Below are positions 47,561 through 59,968 of a stretch of 64,000 nt of DNA, piece by piece. Source of the DNA: Lama guanicoe (taxonomy: Eukaryota); the NCBI GenBank assembly GCA_013239625.1, contig MU053934.1, positions 11,633,003-11,697,002 on the forward strand, read 5' to 3'. The position numbers and the translations under genes were made by a program. The notes beneath the pieces were generated by a model that had not been told where the DNA came from, did not search any database, and saw nothing but the letters and a program-made list of their open reading frames with translations. Numbering within the stretch: the stretch's first letter is position 1; every line of letters starts with the position of its first letter.

Positions 47561-48581
47561 CCCAGAGCAGAGACGCGATACTGATGTGACCTGCGCGACG
47601 AAGCCCCGGATGGTACAGACTGTTAAAAAGAGGAGGCCGTGATGGTGGTTCCTGGAAACGGGCAGGTATCAGCCCATTCATTTAATAAAATTATACTGAC
47701 ACCTACTACATGCCCAGAGACAAAGCTGTACCAAAACTGCGAGACGCGCTCTCGGCCAGCTTGTCTAGGCTCCGTGGGGCAGAGAGGGGACGGGGGACAG
47801 GTGGGGAGAGGGCATGTGGCGATGGAAGAGGCGGCTCAGGGTGCCCGGAAGAACTCGTCCGCGACTTCACGTTCTCTCTGAAGCTCCAACGGCTCCTGGT
47901 GCCAGACGTCCTGCACTAACTTATTTATGGCTCTAAAACTGGCGCTTGGCTGGGCCGCGACCTGCCGCCGGCCGCGGGCTCCGCCGTGCCCCTGGGCTAA
48001 TTTCCGGGGCCCTGCCTCATCTGGAACACTTTGAACGGCCTCTAAACTGCTTCATTTATTAAGCGTTCACCAGCAGAATGGAAGACAGGACGACTGACTT
48101 CAGTGAAAGGGTTTTTTCTTCCCTAAAATCTTGGTAGAAAACACCCCATAGTGATTGTGTGTCCAGGCTAGTCGGGGGAGGGGGGCGGGGGAGATGTGCA
48201 CGTTCCGTGGGACGGCGGGACCAAGCCAAGCGCGGGGCTGCCGGTGCCGGGGGCCGGAGGCTGGGGAGCTGGGCGTCTCCCCCTCCCTCCGTCGGGCCCC
48301 CCGGGCCCTCCCAGGGGTTCGCACTGAGCAGCCGTCACCCATCACGGTCCGGAGCCCAGCACAGGGGCCACAGCTGCCCTGGGCTGGCCGGGGACTCGGC
48401 TCCTGTTGACTGGGGGGCGGGGGGGCGTCTGACACGCACACGGGCGCCTGGAGTCCCAGGCGTCCTCTCCGGCGGCACATGTAAACCGAGTGCCCAGCGC
48501 TTAGCTGCTGCTGCCAAGCCCCTAACAGCAGATTTATTATCCACGTGCTCCTTCATTAGGAGTTTGAAAAAGGAAAAACAT

Positions 48582-49295
48582 TGTATTGTGAAATAACAGG
48601 AAAGGCACCCACTGGTCTCTGCCCCTGGCTCCCCGCGCAGGGCTCTTAAACCCCTGGGACTTCCTGGCTGATAGAACATGTTCTGCTCTGGGCCCCTGGG
48701 TGGGGACTGGTGGTCACAGGAGAGACCGCGCCAGGATGAAAAGCTTGGAGCTTTCAGCCCCCCCCCCCGCACCCTCCAGGACGGCCGGAGACCGAGTTAC
48801 TGAGGGATGGTGTCCTCGTGGCGAATCCCCGGGCACAGGGCTCGGGGAGCTTCCAGGTCAGCGGACACGGCCTCGAGCTGGGAGGGTGGTCGCCCGACTC
48901 CAGGGGCACAGGGGCTCCCGCACTCAGGGCCCCCGGCCCCCGCCCTGTGTGTCCTCTCCTGGCTGTTCAGCTGTGTCCTTTGCAGGTAACAAACCCCAAA
49001 TGTCAGTACGTGTCTCCTGAGCTCCATGAGCCACCCCATCACATTACCAGACCCAAGGCGGGCGTCACGGGAGCCTGACTTCAGCCAAGTGGACAGAGGT
49101 TGTGGTGACCTGGGGACGGGCATCTGCAGTGGGGCTCAGTCTTGCGGGGTCTGACAGTGCCTCCAGGTGGCTGGCGTCAGAACCGCGTCGGCTGTGGAAA
49201 ACCCAGCGGGTGTCACAGAATTGCTTGGTGGGGAAAACCCACAACCCTGGTGTCAGAAGCTTGTGCGTGTGGCAGGCGTGAGAGTACAGGGCACA
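48582..49295 (+). mobile_element. MER21-like LTR
   Basis: tggtctctgcccctggctcc...ctgagctccatgagcc...gcatctgcagtggggctcagtcttgcggg...ctccaggtgg...gtcagaa...cagaattgcttggtg...gtcagaag. Confidence 0.8.
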
Positions 49296-50891
49296 CGGGA
49301 GGAGCACTGAGGTTCCTAAAGCATCTGTGCTTCCCATCAACTACCAAGCAGCACATACCGTTTATGACCACGCTTTCTAACTTTCATTTCAAATTCAAAA
49401 GCACGCAACAGCTGAAATCATGCAGGTCTGAAAAGGGGAAGGTGGAGACGCGCGGTTGGCTGGCCTCCGCAGGCGGTGCTGGGGTGTTTCCAAACCCAGA
49501 CGCTCTTTGCCGGAGGCTCCAGAGGGACTAGTTACGAGAAGGGTTAATTTTCACACACGCAGACACGATACTGCTCAAATGGTCAGATGTCAAAAATGTC
49601 AGCTAACTTGAAATGTTTTTCTCCCTGAAAGATAACTCACACACCATAAAATTCAGCCTCTGAAAAAGCGTGCGGCCCAGTGCTGTCTGTCGTGGCTGCT
49701 GCAGCTCGGCAGTGAGTTTGGAAGTGGGGTTGCAGTCTCCCAATTCCGTTCTTCTTTGTCAGGACTGGCTGGGCTACTTGAATTTCTGCAGGAGTTTTAG
49801 AAGCAGTTTGCCTATTTCCTCAAAGAAGCAGCTGAGATCTGACAGGAGCTGTGCTGCGTCTGCTGGTCAGCTGGGGAGATTCAGCTTCGTTGCTTTATCC
49901 CGTGGCTTTCTGTCCACTTTTCATGTGTTTCCTCACTGAGTTGTTTCCTTTCCTCTGCTTATTCTGGCTGTAACCTGATCTTAAAGTGGGAGATTAGGTC
50001 ATCGATTGGAGATCTTCCTTCTCTGCAATGTTGGCATTTACAGCTATGAATTTGCCTCTGTGTGCTGCTTTAGCTGCTAGATCTCAGCTGGCTTCTGTGA
50101 AGAAATGGACAAACGGCACCTCCTAAGTTTCAGGATGTGACTTTTTGCTCTGATTTATCTTAAAGCATTTTCTGATTTCATTTGCGATTCCTTCATTGAA
50201 CCACCGGACGTCTAGACATGTGTTGTTTGACTTCCAGGTATTTGTGGTGCTTGCATATTTCTTTGAGTTGTGATGTCCAACTGTATCCCATTGTGGTTTG
50301 AGAACATGCTTTGTGTGATTTCAGACTCATCAACATGCCGAGGCCTGTTTCACGGTCCAGCACGTGGTCAGTGCTGGAGACCATGGAGGACGTGCATGGA
50401 AGACGTCCGTGCATGTGCTCTGCCGCGGTGGGACCAGCGTGCGGTGCTGCCTCCTGGGTCTGGCTGGTTTACACGGCTGACCGGTCTTTTGTCTCCCTGT
50501 GGGTCTTCAGCCTGGTTGTTCTATCCATTATTGAAAGTGAGATATTGAGGTCTCCAACTATCATTGTTGAATTGTCTATTTCTCCCTTCAGTTTTTTCAG
50601 TTTTTGTCCATGAATTTTGGGGCTCTTTTTGAGACTCATATATGTTTATAATTTTTATATCTTCTGGATGGATTCACTCTTTTTGCCTTACAAAATGTAT
50701 TTATTTTTGTTGAGAAACAAATTTCCCCTTAAAGTCTATTTTATTTGATGCAAGGTAGCCGGTCCAGCTGTCTTTCGGTTACTGTGCTGTGCTACAATGC
50801 CCCTCCTCTTACTTTCAGTCCATTTGCATCTCTTGTCTATAAAGGCCATCCCTGCAAAAGCATATAGCTGTCATCTTGCCATTTGTTTTCT

Positions 50892-51558
50892 TTTTTTTTT
50901 AACATTTTTTATTGAGTTATAGTCATTTTACAGTGTTGTGTCAAATTCCAGTGTAGAGCACAATTTTTCAGTTATACATGAACATACATATATTCATTGT
51001 CACATTTTTTTCTCTGTGAGCTACCATAAGATCTTGTGTATATTTCCCTGTGCTGTACAGTATAATCTTGTTTATCTCTCTACAATTTTGAAATCCCAGT
51101 CTGTCCCTTCCCACCCTCCTCCCTCTTGGCAACCACAAGTTTGTATTCTATGTCTGTGAGTCTGTTTCTGTTTTGAATTTATGCTTTCTTTGTTTGTTTA
51201 GATTCCACATATGAGTGATCTCATATGGTATTTTTCTTTCTCTCTCTGGCTTACTTCACTTAGAATGACATTCTCCAGGAGCATCCATGTTGCTGCAAAT
51301 GNNNNNNNNNNNNNNNNNNNNNNNNNNNNNNNNNNNNNNNNNNNNNNNNNNNNNNNNNNNNNNNNNNNNNNNNNNNNNNNNNNNNNNNNNNNNNNNNNNN
51401 NNNNNNNNNNNNNNNNNNNNNNNNNNNNNNNNNNNNNNNNNNNNNNNNNNNNGTCATCCTGAAATAGGGATCCTTCTGGATATAAGCCCAGGAGCGGGAT
51501 TCCTGGGTCATGTGGTAAGTTCATTCCTAGTCTTTCGAAGAATCTCCACAGTTTTCCA
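50892..51558 (-). mobile_element. Young camelid L1, 5'-truncated, with target-site duplication
   Basis: ORF2 C-terminus (LPHDPGIPLLGLYP...FAATWMLLENVILSEVSQREKEKYHMRSLICGI), 3' UTR, poly-T; TSD gc(c/t)atttgttttct at 50878-50891 and 51559-51572. Confidence 0.92.
51302..51452. other. Assembly gap (151 N)
   Basis: Run of N inside the young L1. Confidence 1.
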
Positions 51559-54500
51559 GCTATTTGTTTTCTTATGTCTAATGTCACTCTCGTTCTGTTC
51601 CTTCACGGCTGCTCCTTTTGTGTGAAGTGTTTCTAGCATATATTTTGAGTTCCTTGCCATTTTCCTCATTCTGTTGTTTTGAGTTGCGTTCCTAGTTGCT
51701 GCCCTGAGGGCCACAATTAATACCTTAGCTTATGTGGATCCAGTTCAGAATGACACCTGCCCCATTTCAGCGGTGTCAAAGGCCTTTGCTCCTACAAGCC
51801 ACCTTCTCCCCCACCTGCGCTTTGAAAGTCATACACGTGACATCTCTGTACACTGACTACCCATCAACAAAAATGTATAATTATTGCTTTATGCAATTGT
51901 CGTTCAAATCAGTTAGGAAAAAAGAGTTACGAATCAAAACATTCCACTTAAACGGTGCTTCGTATTCACCTACATAAACCTTTACTGGTTCTCTTCGTTC
52001 CTTCATGTGGGTTTGAGTTGCCGTCTAGTGTCCCTTTATCCAGCTGGAAGAACTTCCTTTCGTATTTCTCTCGGGAGTGGTCTGGCAGCAGCGAACTCCC
52101 TCAGTGCTTTGTTTTCTTTTAACCTGGGACTGTCTTAATTCCTTCTTCATTTTCGCAGGAGGGTTAGGATGTGGGCTGCTTGATTGGCAGTTTTGTTCTC
52201 TCAGCACTTGGAACAGCTGGTCCCACAACCTTCTGGCCCCCGTGGTTTCTGATGAAAACTCAGCAGATAACCCTTAGATCTTACACATTGTGAGCCACCT
52301 CTCTCCTGCTGTCTTCGAGGTCTTCTCTTTGTCTACGACTGCTGACAATCTGATTGTGATGTGTCTTGGTGTGACTCTCTTTGAGTTTACCTGACTTGGA
52401 GTTCTCTGAGCTTCTCCATTCAGTAGATGCATGTTTTTAATCAGATGCGAGAGGTTTTCATCTGTGGTTTTATCAAATATTCTTTCTGACCTCCATCTCC
52501 CTTCTTCCCTCCTAGAACTCCCATTATGAGTATTTTGATAATTGCATGGTGTGCCGCAGGCCTTTGAGCCTTTCCTCGTTATTTTTCATTCTTCTTTGTT
52601 TTCTTTCTTTCTTCTCCTCAGATTGGATAATCTCAGCTAACCACTTTTAAGGTTTCTGATTCTTTTTCTGCCTGTTCAAATACGTAGTCAAACCCCTCTA
52701 GTGGATTTTTCACATTAGTTGCAGTACTTTTCAACTCCAGAAATTGCACTTTGTTCTTTCTGTAAATAGCTTTTGTATCTCTATTGAACATACTTTAAAT
52801 GGCTGGTTTTGCCTGTTAAGTCCAACGTCTGGGCTGCCTCAGGGATCATTTCTACTGATTGTTTTTTCCTCTGTATGGGTCAGACTTTTTTCTGTATGGG
52901 TTGCTTTGCATATCTCATAATTTTTGCTGAAACTGGACACTTAAAATAATATAACGTGGCAACTCTGGAAATCAGATTCCTCCCCTTCTGCCCAGGGGTT
53001 AATGTTGCCGTTTGTTCTTATCGTTGCTGCTGTCTTTGTTGTTTATTAAGTGATTTCCTTAACTAATCCTATAAATTCAGCATCCTTTGCCATGTTTGGA
53101 CACTAAAGTTTCTGCTTGGTTCGCTCAGTGATCAGCAAGTGACTGCACAGAGATTTCTTAAACACTTGGGGTCTGTAAGTCTCCCAGTCTTTGCCAAGGG
53201 GTTCTAGGAGCAGATTGGGACACGCCTTCAGCACGTAGCCATGTGGTTGGCATCTCTGCCTCCGCCGTCGCTCCTGCATGTACAGAGCCTCGAGGTCAGT
53301 CAGGGTGAGAGCTCAGGGTCTTCTCGGGTCTTCCTGGATGTGCCCCCTGCCCTGTACATGCAGGTACTTCTTAGATTCCCAGGAATATGTCAGAGCTTTT
53401 TGAAACCCTGGTGGACATCTCATTCCCAGATTTTTTAAAAGCTTTTTAGTTAGCCTCATGTTTAGCTGTTATCCACCGCCTCAGGTGTCTGAGGCATTCC
53501 CCTCTAATTGTTTTTGACAAACACTTCCCAGGGAAAAGGCTTTGCATTGTGCAAGCTCTGAGTCTGTTTAAAGAAAGACAACCTTGTACGCAGGGTCCGC
53601 CTGGGAGCTATCAGACAGGTCAAATCGTGACGATCCTCTGCAGATAAGACGTGGAAGGACCTCCAGTCCTGCTCTACCCCTCCCAGGGGTGTCAGGCTGC
53701 TGGGCTTCACTGTGATCAGAGGCTGTTGGTCTTTAAGGCTCCCGCGGAGCTGCAGAAAGGGGAATGAGAACGGGACAAAATAAAACACCACAAGGCTCAG
53801 TGTCCTGCCCAAGATTCTGCTGCTTTTATTGAATAAATGTCCTCCAAGCTGCTGAGAAGATTTGGTGGACTTCAAGGCTCTGAAAAAGTTGATTCTGACA
53901 GCTTTTGTAGTTCTCTCACTGCTCTGTGAAAGAGAGAATTTGGGAAGGTTCATACTCCACCTTTCTCACTGACCTCTCTCAGCCGGTTTTCCTGTCCCTG
54001 CCTTGTCGAGGGCAAGGGTTCATCTCCAAGGGAGGCCAGCAGCGCGTATGTGCGGATGGGGGCTCTGGGCCTTGTCGCCTGTGTTTGCTGAGTGGCTTCC
54101 CCGCCAGCTGCGGCTGGCACAGCCCTCCGGCTCCTCGCCATGCACTGCACTACGTAACACGTACCGGCTCAAAGGAGCGGCTTCCAGGGCAGGGCTGTCC
54201 CCAGGGCCCGGCCGTGCCAGCACCCTGACCTTCAACCTCCACCCTTCAGAACTAGACGGAATGCATCTTGCTTTTATAAGCCACACAGCCCACAGTACTT
54301 TGTTACAGCCGCCCGAGCAGCCCTAGTGCAGGACGGAATGGATGCAGCCGGCCCTGCAGACCCTGGGATCGCCTGAGACAAGTCCTTGGAATAAGCCTCT
54401 TTTATATACAAATATCCTACTGGTGCTGCTGCTCTGGAGAACCCTGGGACGCTGGGTATAGTGAATTGTGCTGTGGCTGCATCTCAGGCTTGTTGCTGGA

Positions 54501-55169
54501 TTCAGCGAAGTAATGGAGGTGGAAGTCTTTGCAAATGGCAAAGAACAAGCCGGAAGTTAGCAGCGATCTTCATTTAGAGCTTGACTTTTTCACCGTCTGT
54601 TTCTCTCCAGTGGCCGCACTAGTTTTAGCTGCTGCAATCCCCAAGTAAGGGATGAGAGGCTTCGAGCCCGACACTGTGGCCACGCCGTGGAAGAACCGCT
54701 TCTCCATGGTGGCACAAGGGCCCCTTGCCCACAGCCGCTTGACCCCCCACATGACCTTGGCCAGGGGACGTGCATGCGGATGAGTCAGCCAGTGTCCTCA
54801 TTAGAGCGTGAGTTTCAGTCTCAACTTCTTAACAACGTGATCTGACCAGACAGCTAGAACCACATCCTGCCGAAACGTGCTGGCCTCAGAGAGTTGGTGA
54901 GGGGAGGCGGGTGGGAACGGGGCTCTCTGCAAAAATTAGAGATGAAATTTCACTTGCTTTAAATTTTGCTTAGCAGATACTTATCGGGCCAGGGACCATT
55001 GGGCAAGATGCTCTCCCAGCAGAAAAGACACACGTGTGTTTGTAAAAATTTAGTGGGAACCATAATTACAACTGAAAACTCCATAGTTTATAAACAGTCA
55101 TAGGCCCGGCCTGTTTCTAGGAAACTCTGCGTGTGTGTGCGAGCACCCCAGGGCTGAGAACTCCAGAAT

Positions 55170-56045
55170 CTGGCATTACGGAATTGCAACGGGAAACAAA
55201 ACGAGGTGCCACTACACCCTGCTCGAGCAGCCCGAATCCAGACACTGGCAACCCCAGGTGCTGGCACGGACACAGAGCGGTAGGAACCCGGGCTCACCCT
55301 GGTGGGAGTGCAAAGTGGGGCAGCGCTGTGGAAGACAGGGTGTGGCTTCCCACAACACTAGGCACATCCTCGCTGTAGGCCCTAGCACTCCCTCTCCGTG
55401 GTATTTACCCAACGGAGTTGAAAACTTACATCCACGCACACATTCATTTATTGAAGCTCTATTCGTCACTGACAACACTTGGAAGCAACCAGTGTCCTTC
55501 AGTAAATAAGTGGGTGAGGAAGCTGGTACCTGCAGAAAATGGACTGTTGCTGAGCACTAAAAGGAAGGGACCGTCGTGGAGACACGGAGGACCTTAAGCG
55601 CACGTGGGTAAGTGAAACAGGCCGACCGGAGACCGCGCACCGGGTGAGCCCTGCTCTGTGCCGTTCTGGGAAAGGCAAAGCTGTGGAGGCGGTGCAAAGG
55701 TCAGAGGCTGCCAGGGGCCGGGGGGGAGCAGGTGGGCGCAGAGGGTCCCCGGCAGCGAGCTGCTCTCGGCGGTGCAGAGTCAGGGACGCACTCATCACAC
55801 TTTGGTCAGAGCCCAGGAATGCGCCCCACCTGCAGTGAGCCTGGGTGTGCGCCGCGGGCTCCTGGGCAGATGACAGGTTGGCAGGTTCCTCGGCTGTAGC
55901 AAACGTGCCGTCCAGAGGGGGTGCTGGTAACAGGGGAGACTGCGTGTGTGCAGGGGCAGGGGGACACAGGAAGTCTCTGTCCCTTCGGCTCAGTTTTGCT
56001 GTGAGCTTTGAAGTACTCTGAAAAACAACGCCTATTTTTTTAAGG
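55170..56045 (+). mobile_element. L1MC1/2-like ORF2 end and 3' UTR
   Basis: gccactacacc...ctggtgggagtgcaaagtgg...ggtatttacccaacggagttgaaaacttacatccac...cttggaagcaacca...ttctgggaaaggcaaagctgtggag...ttttgctgtgagc. Confidence 0.85.
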
Positions 56046-58009
56046 TGAAGTGGGGAGGCAGGAGGGGCAGCTGGAGCTCTGTGTGCAGGACGGGCCAGCG
56101 CTGCCCTGCCGGCCGGGCAGGGGAGGCAGGGCCGAGCCGGGGCTGCCAGGGGAGGGGGGGGAGGCCCGGCACTGACCCAGACCCGCCCTGCAGGGTCGGA
56201 ATGGGAACCAGCCCTGCCGACACCTCGCTGCGGCCGTGCCCGCCCACGGAATCGCGAGACGGCAACCACACACACAGCCTGTGCGTCTGACAGCGCTGAG
56301 GCGCAGGGGGCGGCCCGACGGCGGCCTCCCGCCACCAGCGCCGCCTCCCACAGACGCCGCCGCCTCCTGGCTGCTCCGCAAGCTCATCTCTCCCTTTCTT
56401 CACTTGGCAGCGTGTCTGGGGGTTATTCTCCATCTCATTCTCTCTCACAGCCGCGTAGTATCTCCGTAAATTCTTCACCCCATCTCTACGGACAAACGCA
56501 ACCCTGCAGAGCCGTGCAGTGCTTTATTTTAGTTCCAGCGATGCTGACGGGACAGGCTGGTCGGCCCACTGGTTCCCCCGGCACCCTCGGTCTGGCTGCA
56601 CATGCGGCTCCCAAGCCCCTCTCCCGGGGCGGAGGCGGACGAGTTCTCGCCCCGTGGGCCTTTGACACCGCAGGTGACTCCAGGACCCTCCGTCAGGAGT
56701 CACACACGTCTCAGCACCACCTTGTCGGGGACTCGGACTGCTAACCACCGATTTCCAGCCTGGGTCTCTCCCCTCTTCCTCCAACGCCCGGGGGAGGCGG
56801 AGGCAGGACCACCCCCGGCTGAGGCACCTCCCCGACGCTGGACTCCTGCCCCCCACCCCGCCCTCCGCCCGTCGGCGCCTAGGAAACCCCAGGGACGCCG
56901 GGACCAGGAGCCCAGGGACGGCGTCTGCAGGAGCAGCAATTCAATCTCAATCGAGGAAGAAAAACACGCATTTTCTCTCTGTCTCTGCCGATTTGGAAAG
57001 TGGAGAAAGTTGATTTCAAGGGGGCCTTTGGGAAATAAGAGGAAACAGGTTTTGGAACAACTGTGGGGAGGAAGGTGAGCGAGTAATTACAGCCAAGACG
57101 ACAGCAGTCCTGAGACGGAAGGAGGGTGCGCGCGGGTGCTGCGGCCGCCCAGGGGCTGTCGGGAGGAGGGGCCCCCCTAGAGGGGCCACAGGTGTCCCAG
57201 AGCCCTGAAGGCCGCGAGCACGCACGCCGTCCTGCCTCTGCCTGTCAGACGTCCCAGCATCCGTGCGTGGTGGAGACAAGGCCCCAGGCGGACGCTGGTG
57301 ACTCCGGGCTCCCCGCGGCGGGTGCTGGGCTGACTCGGCAGGTTGGGGGGCAGAAAACCCACGTTTCTTACAAGCACCCCGAGATGTGGAGGTGAGGGAC
57401 CCGAGACCGGGTGGGTCCACCTGGCTCCATCGCGGGCTGTTCTGGCTGAGAGGGGACTTTCTTTGGTCCCACTGAGCAGACACGAGGAGGGAAGAGGGGG
57501 TTCAGACAGACACTGGGGGGAACGTGCCGCTTCCCCCGCAGACCAGCAGGAGGGGGCTGTCAGGCCCTGCAGCCCCTAGAAGTGACCGATGGGACAAAGC
57601 GATGACCAGGACGATGAGGTCCGAGGTCCAGCCACACTCTCCCCTCTGTTTGGCTGAGACGCCCTGCGTTTGCACGTCAACCAGATGACCACCTCTTTGT
57701 CACCGGGGCAGAACGTGTTCTTAAAACCACGACGGCCGTGCATCAGAGTGACACCGCAGCCCGCTCAGGGCTCCGACGGCCACAGCTGCGACAATCGGAG
57801 CAAGAAGATGAACAAGGTCGCGCTGGGTCGTAACCCTGAATGCAGATAAGTGTCCGTGAGGCAGACAACTTGAGCAAGTAAATGAAGGGGAGAAGCGACA
57901 GCAGCCCCATGCGAGAGAATTCCAGTGGTTTTTGCAGCTGCCCCGCCCTCGGGGAGAAAGCTGATCTCAGCCAGGCGTGCAAGGCCCCCCAGCCGCCCGT
58001 CAGGCAGGC

Positions 58010-58290
58010 TGGCAGGACGTGATGAGAGGGGCCTCACCTCCGTGGCCCTGAGGCAGAAACCCGTCGCCCTGTCCAACTAGGAGGAAAATGCAGGCTGAGC
58101 CCCTCCGCCGGACCTTGTACAAATCACCCGCGTGATCCTCCTCAGAAGCCTCACGGTCAGCAAAGACGAGGAAGGTCCGAGCCACTGTCATAGCCACGAG
58201 GAGCCCAGGGACACGTGGCGACTGAGCATCACGTGGGACAGAGAGGACGGCTTTTAAAATCAGACTGAAGCGTTGACGTGGGTAAATGTG
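58010..58290 (+). mobile_element. L1MC4/L1MD-type 3' UTR fragment
   Basis: gaggaaaatgcag...tacaaatcacc...cacggtcagcaaagacgaggaagg...gacacgtggcgactgagcatcacgtggga. Confidence 0.65.
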
Positions 58291-59954
58291 ATTAAGAAGA
58301 GAAACATCCCCAAGCCCAGATTTTTCACTCCACGTTGCCCCAGAACCAGGGGCTCCTCCTGCTCCCCCTGCTCCCCCTGAGGGTGCGGCCACCGGGGCCG
58401 GGCGCCGGGATGTCGGGGATCAGCCGCGGGCCCTGGACCATCGGGCGCTGGGACCCAAGTCTGCCAGGCGCTGGGCCTCTCCAGGCATCTGCGCGCCACG
58501 CCCTGACTCCAGGCTCACCCGCAGGTTGGCTCCTCCAGCTGTCAGCCCGAATCTCAACATTTGGACATTTCTCCCAGTGAAACTTCCCAGTCCCTCTTTG
58601 GTGGATGCTGGCCGCACACCAGTGGCCCTCACGGTCTGGCCTGTGCCCAGAAGGAACGCAGGAGAAGGTCCCACTCTCCAGGCCCCTGCCCGTCCCCCCG
58701 GCGCTGGTCACCCCAGGGCCTCAGGGAAAACCGCCCCCCGTAGGGTCCCCCGCTGGTCCTCCCTTGAGGACCAGGCCCACGCTGACCCCGCTGCCAGAGG
58801 CGGGACGCAGACAGGCGTGTGTCTGCAGGGCTGGGGGCCAGCCTGGCTCAGGAGGCCTGCGGCCAGCCGAGCATCCCCCCCACCCCGTGGCTGCTGCAAG
58901 GCGAGGCCTCCCTGGGAGGAGAACTGTCACTTCTTTTCCTGAGTGTAGCGTGCGAACCATCGGCCAGAGCACGCGCCTCTCGGCGGGGCCCGTGGGCGTG
59001 GTCTGCCGCCTCGCAACTGTAGGACGCCTCTCTCCACCCGGCTTCTGAGTCGCCCAGTGCCGGGGCAGGCAGGGCTTCAGGCTGCTTGACAAGGGTCCCG
59101 GGGCACGGGTGGCGGTCGCGGCCTGGACTCCCGGGGCAGCTTGAGGGTCCTGTCACGGTCACTCAGTGGTTTTGTGTCCACAAAGTTCTTAGATCAAAGT
59201 CTTAAGATACGAGATCCCAGAACACCTGGGTGGGTGTCAAAGGGGCCTGGACAGGCAGGCCCACCATGGCGTGTGGGGAAGACCCCGGAGGAGGTGACAC
59301 GGGAGCCCAGCCAGGCGGCCTGAGGGGCAGCAAGGACACTCCCAGCAGAAGGACAGCTCGAGGAGACGGCCGGTGACAGGACCACGGGGACCCACGGGAG
59401 GCGTCGTCCAGGCCTCTGGTCTGCGGGGACAGAGATGGGGACGGAGACGCCTCGGCGCAGGTGACCAGAGGCTCCAGCCTTTGTTGCAGGGGCGACACAG
59501 CTCCCGCAGGGCGGCCAGCGGCCTTCACAAACCTCTGCGCCCTCAGTCAGCTCCCCAAGCAGCTTCATGTGCAGGCGGAGACAAGCAGCATTATTCAGGC
59601 AGCATGGGCCCCACCCGAGCTGGGGGCAGGAGTGCTGCGGGTGGGACCACGCGTCCTGGTGGGACCGTCCCAGGGCGGCCGCCCAACAGCAGGGCAGCAA
59701 GGACGAGGAGGACCCCTGTCCCCCTGGAGAGCTCCTGCGGCTGCAGCCCCAAGGCCCAGGCCCTGAGGACCCCAGGGAGGCCACATGCGGAAGGCCCTGC
59801 GGCCCCCGGAGGGGTGGGCGTCTCCCGTCAGACCTAGAGGCTGGCCTCGTGGTGGACACGGGGCCCCTCACACACTCCCCCAGGGGCATTTGCAAGGAAT
59901 TTCCGTGCTTCATCAGCTTCTCTGTTACTTCTGTGAATTCTGCAAGTGTTTAGT

Positions 59955-59968
59955 TAATTGATTAATTG
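59955..59968. promoter_or_regulatory. Overlapping homeodomain sites (P2 palindrome and PBX-HOX)
   Basis: TAATTGATTAATTG contains TAAT-NN-ATTA and TGATTAAT in a short AT island. Confidence 0.3.

Larger units (their letters stand above)
49670..53975 (-). mobile_element. Old L1 (L1M4-like) retaining 5' UTR, ORF1 and partial ORF2
   Basis: Minus-strand peptide WDQLFQVLREQNCQ (52025-52228) matches L1 ORF1 W..IFKVLKE.N.Q; reverse ORF2 landmarks 49700-50800; L1M4-type 5' end ctgaaaaagttgattctgaca near 53880. Confidence 0.85.

Noticed and set aside
51198-51587. 129-aa ORF as a host gene
   Set aside because: It is the L1 ORF2 C-terminus, partly spanning an N-gap
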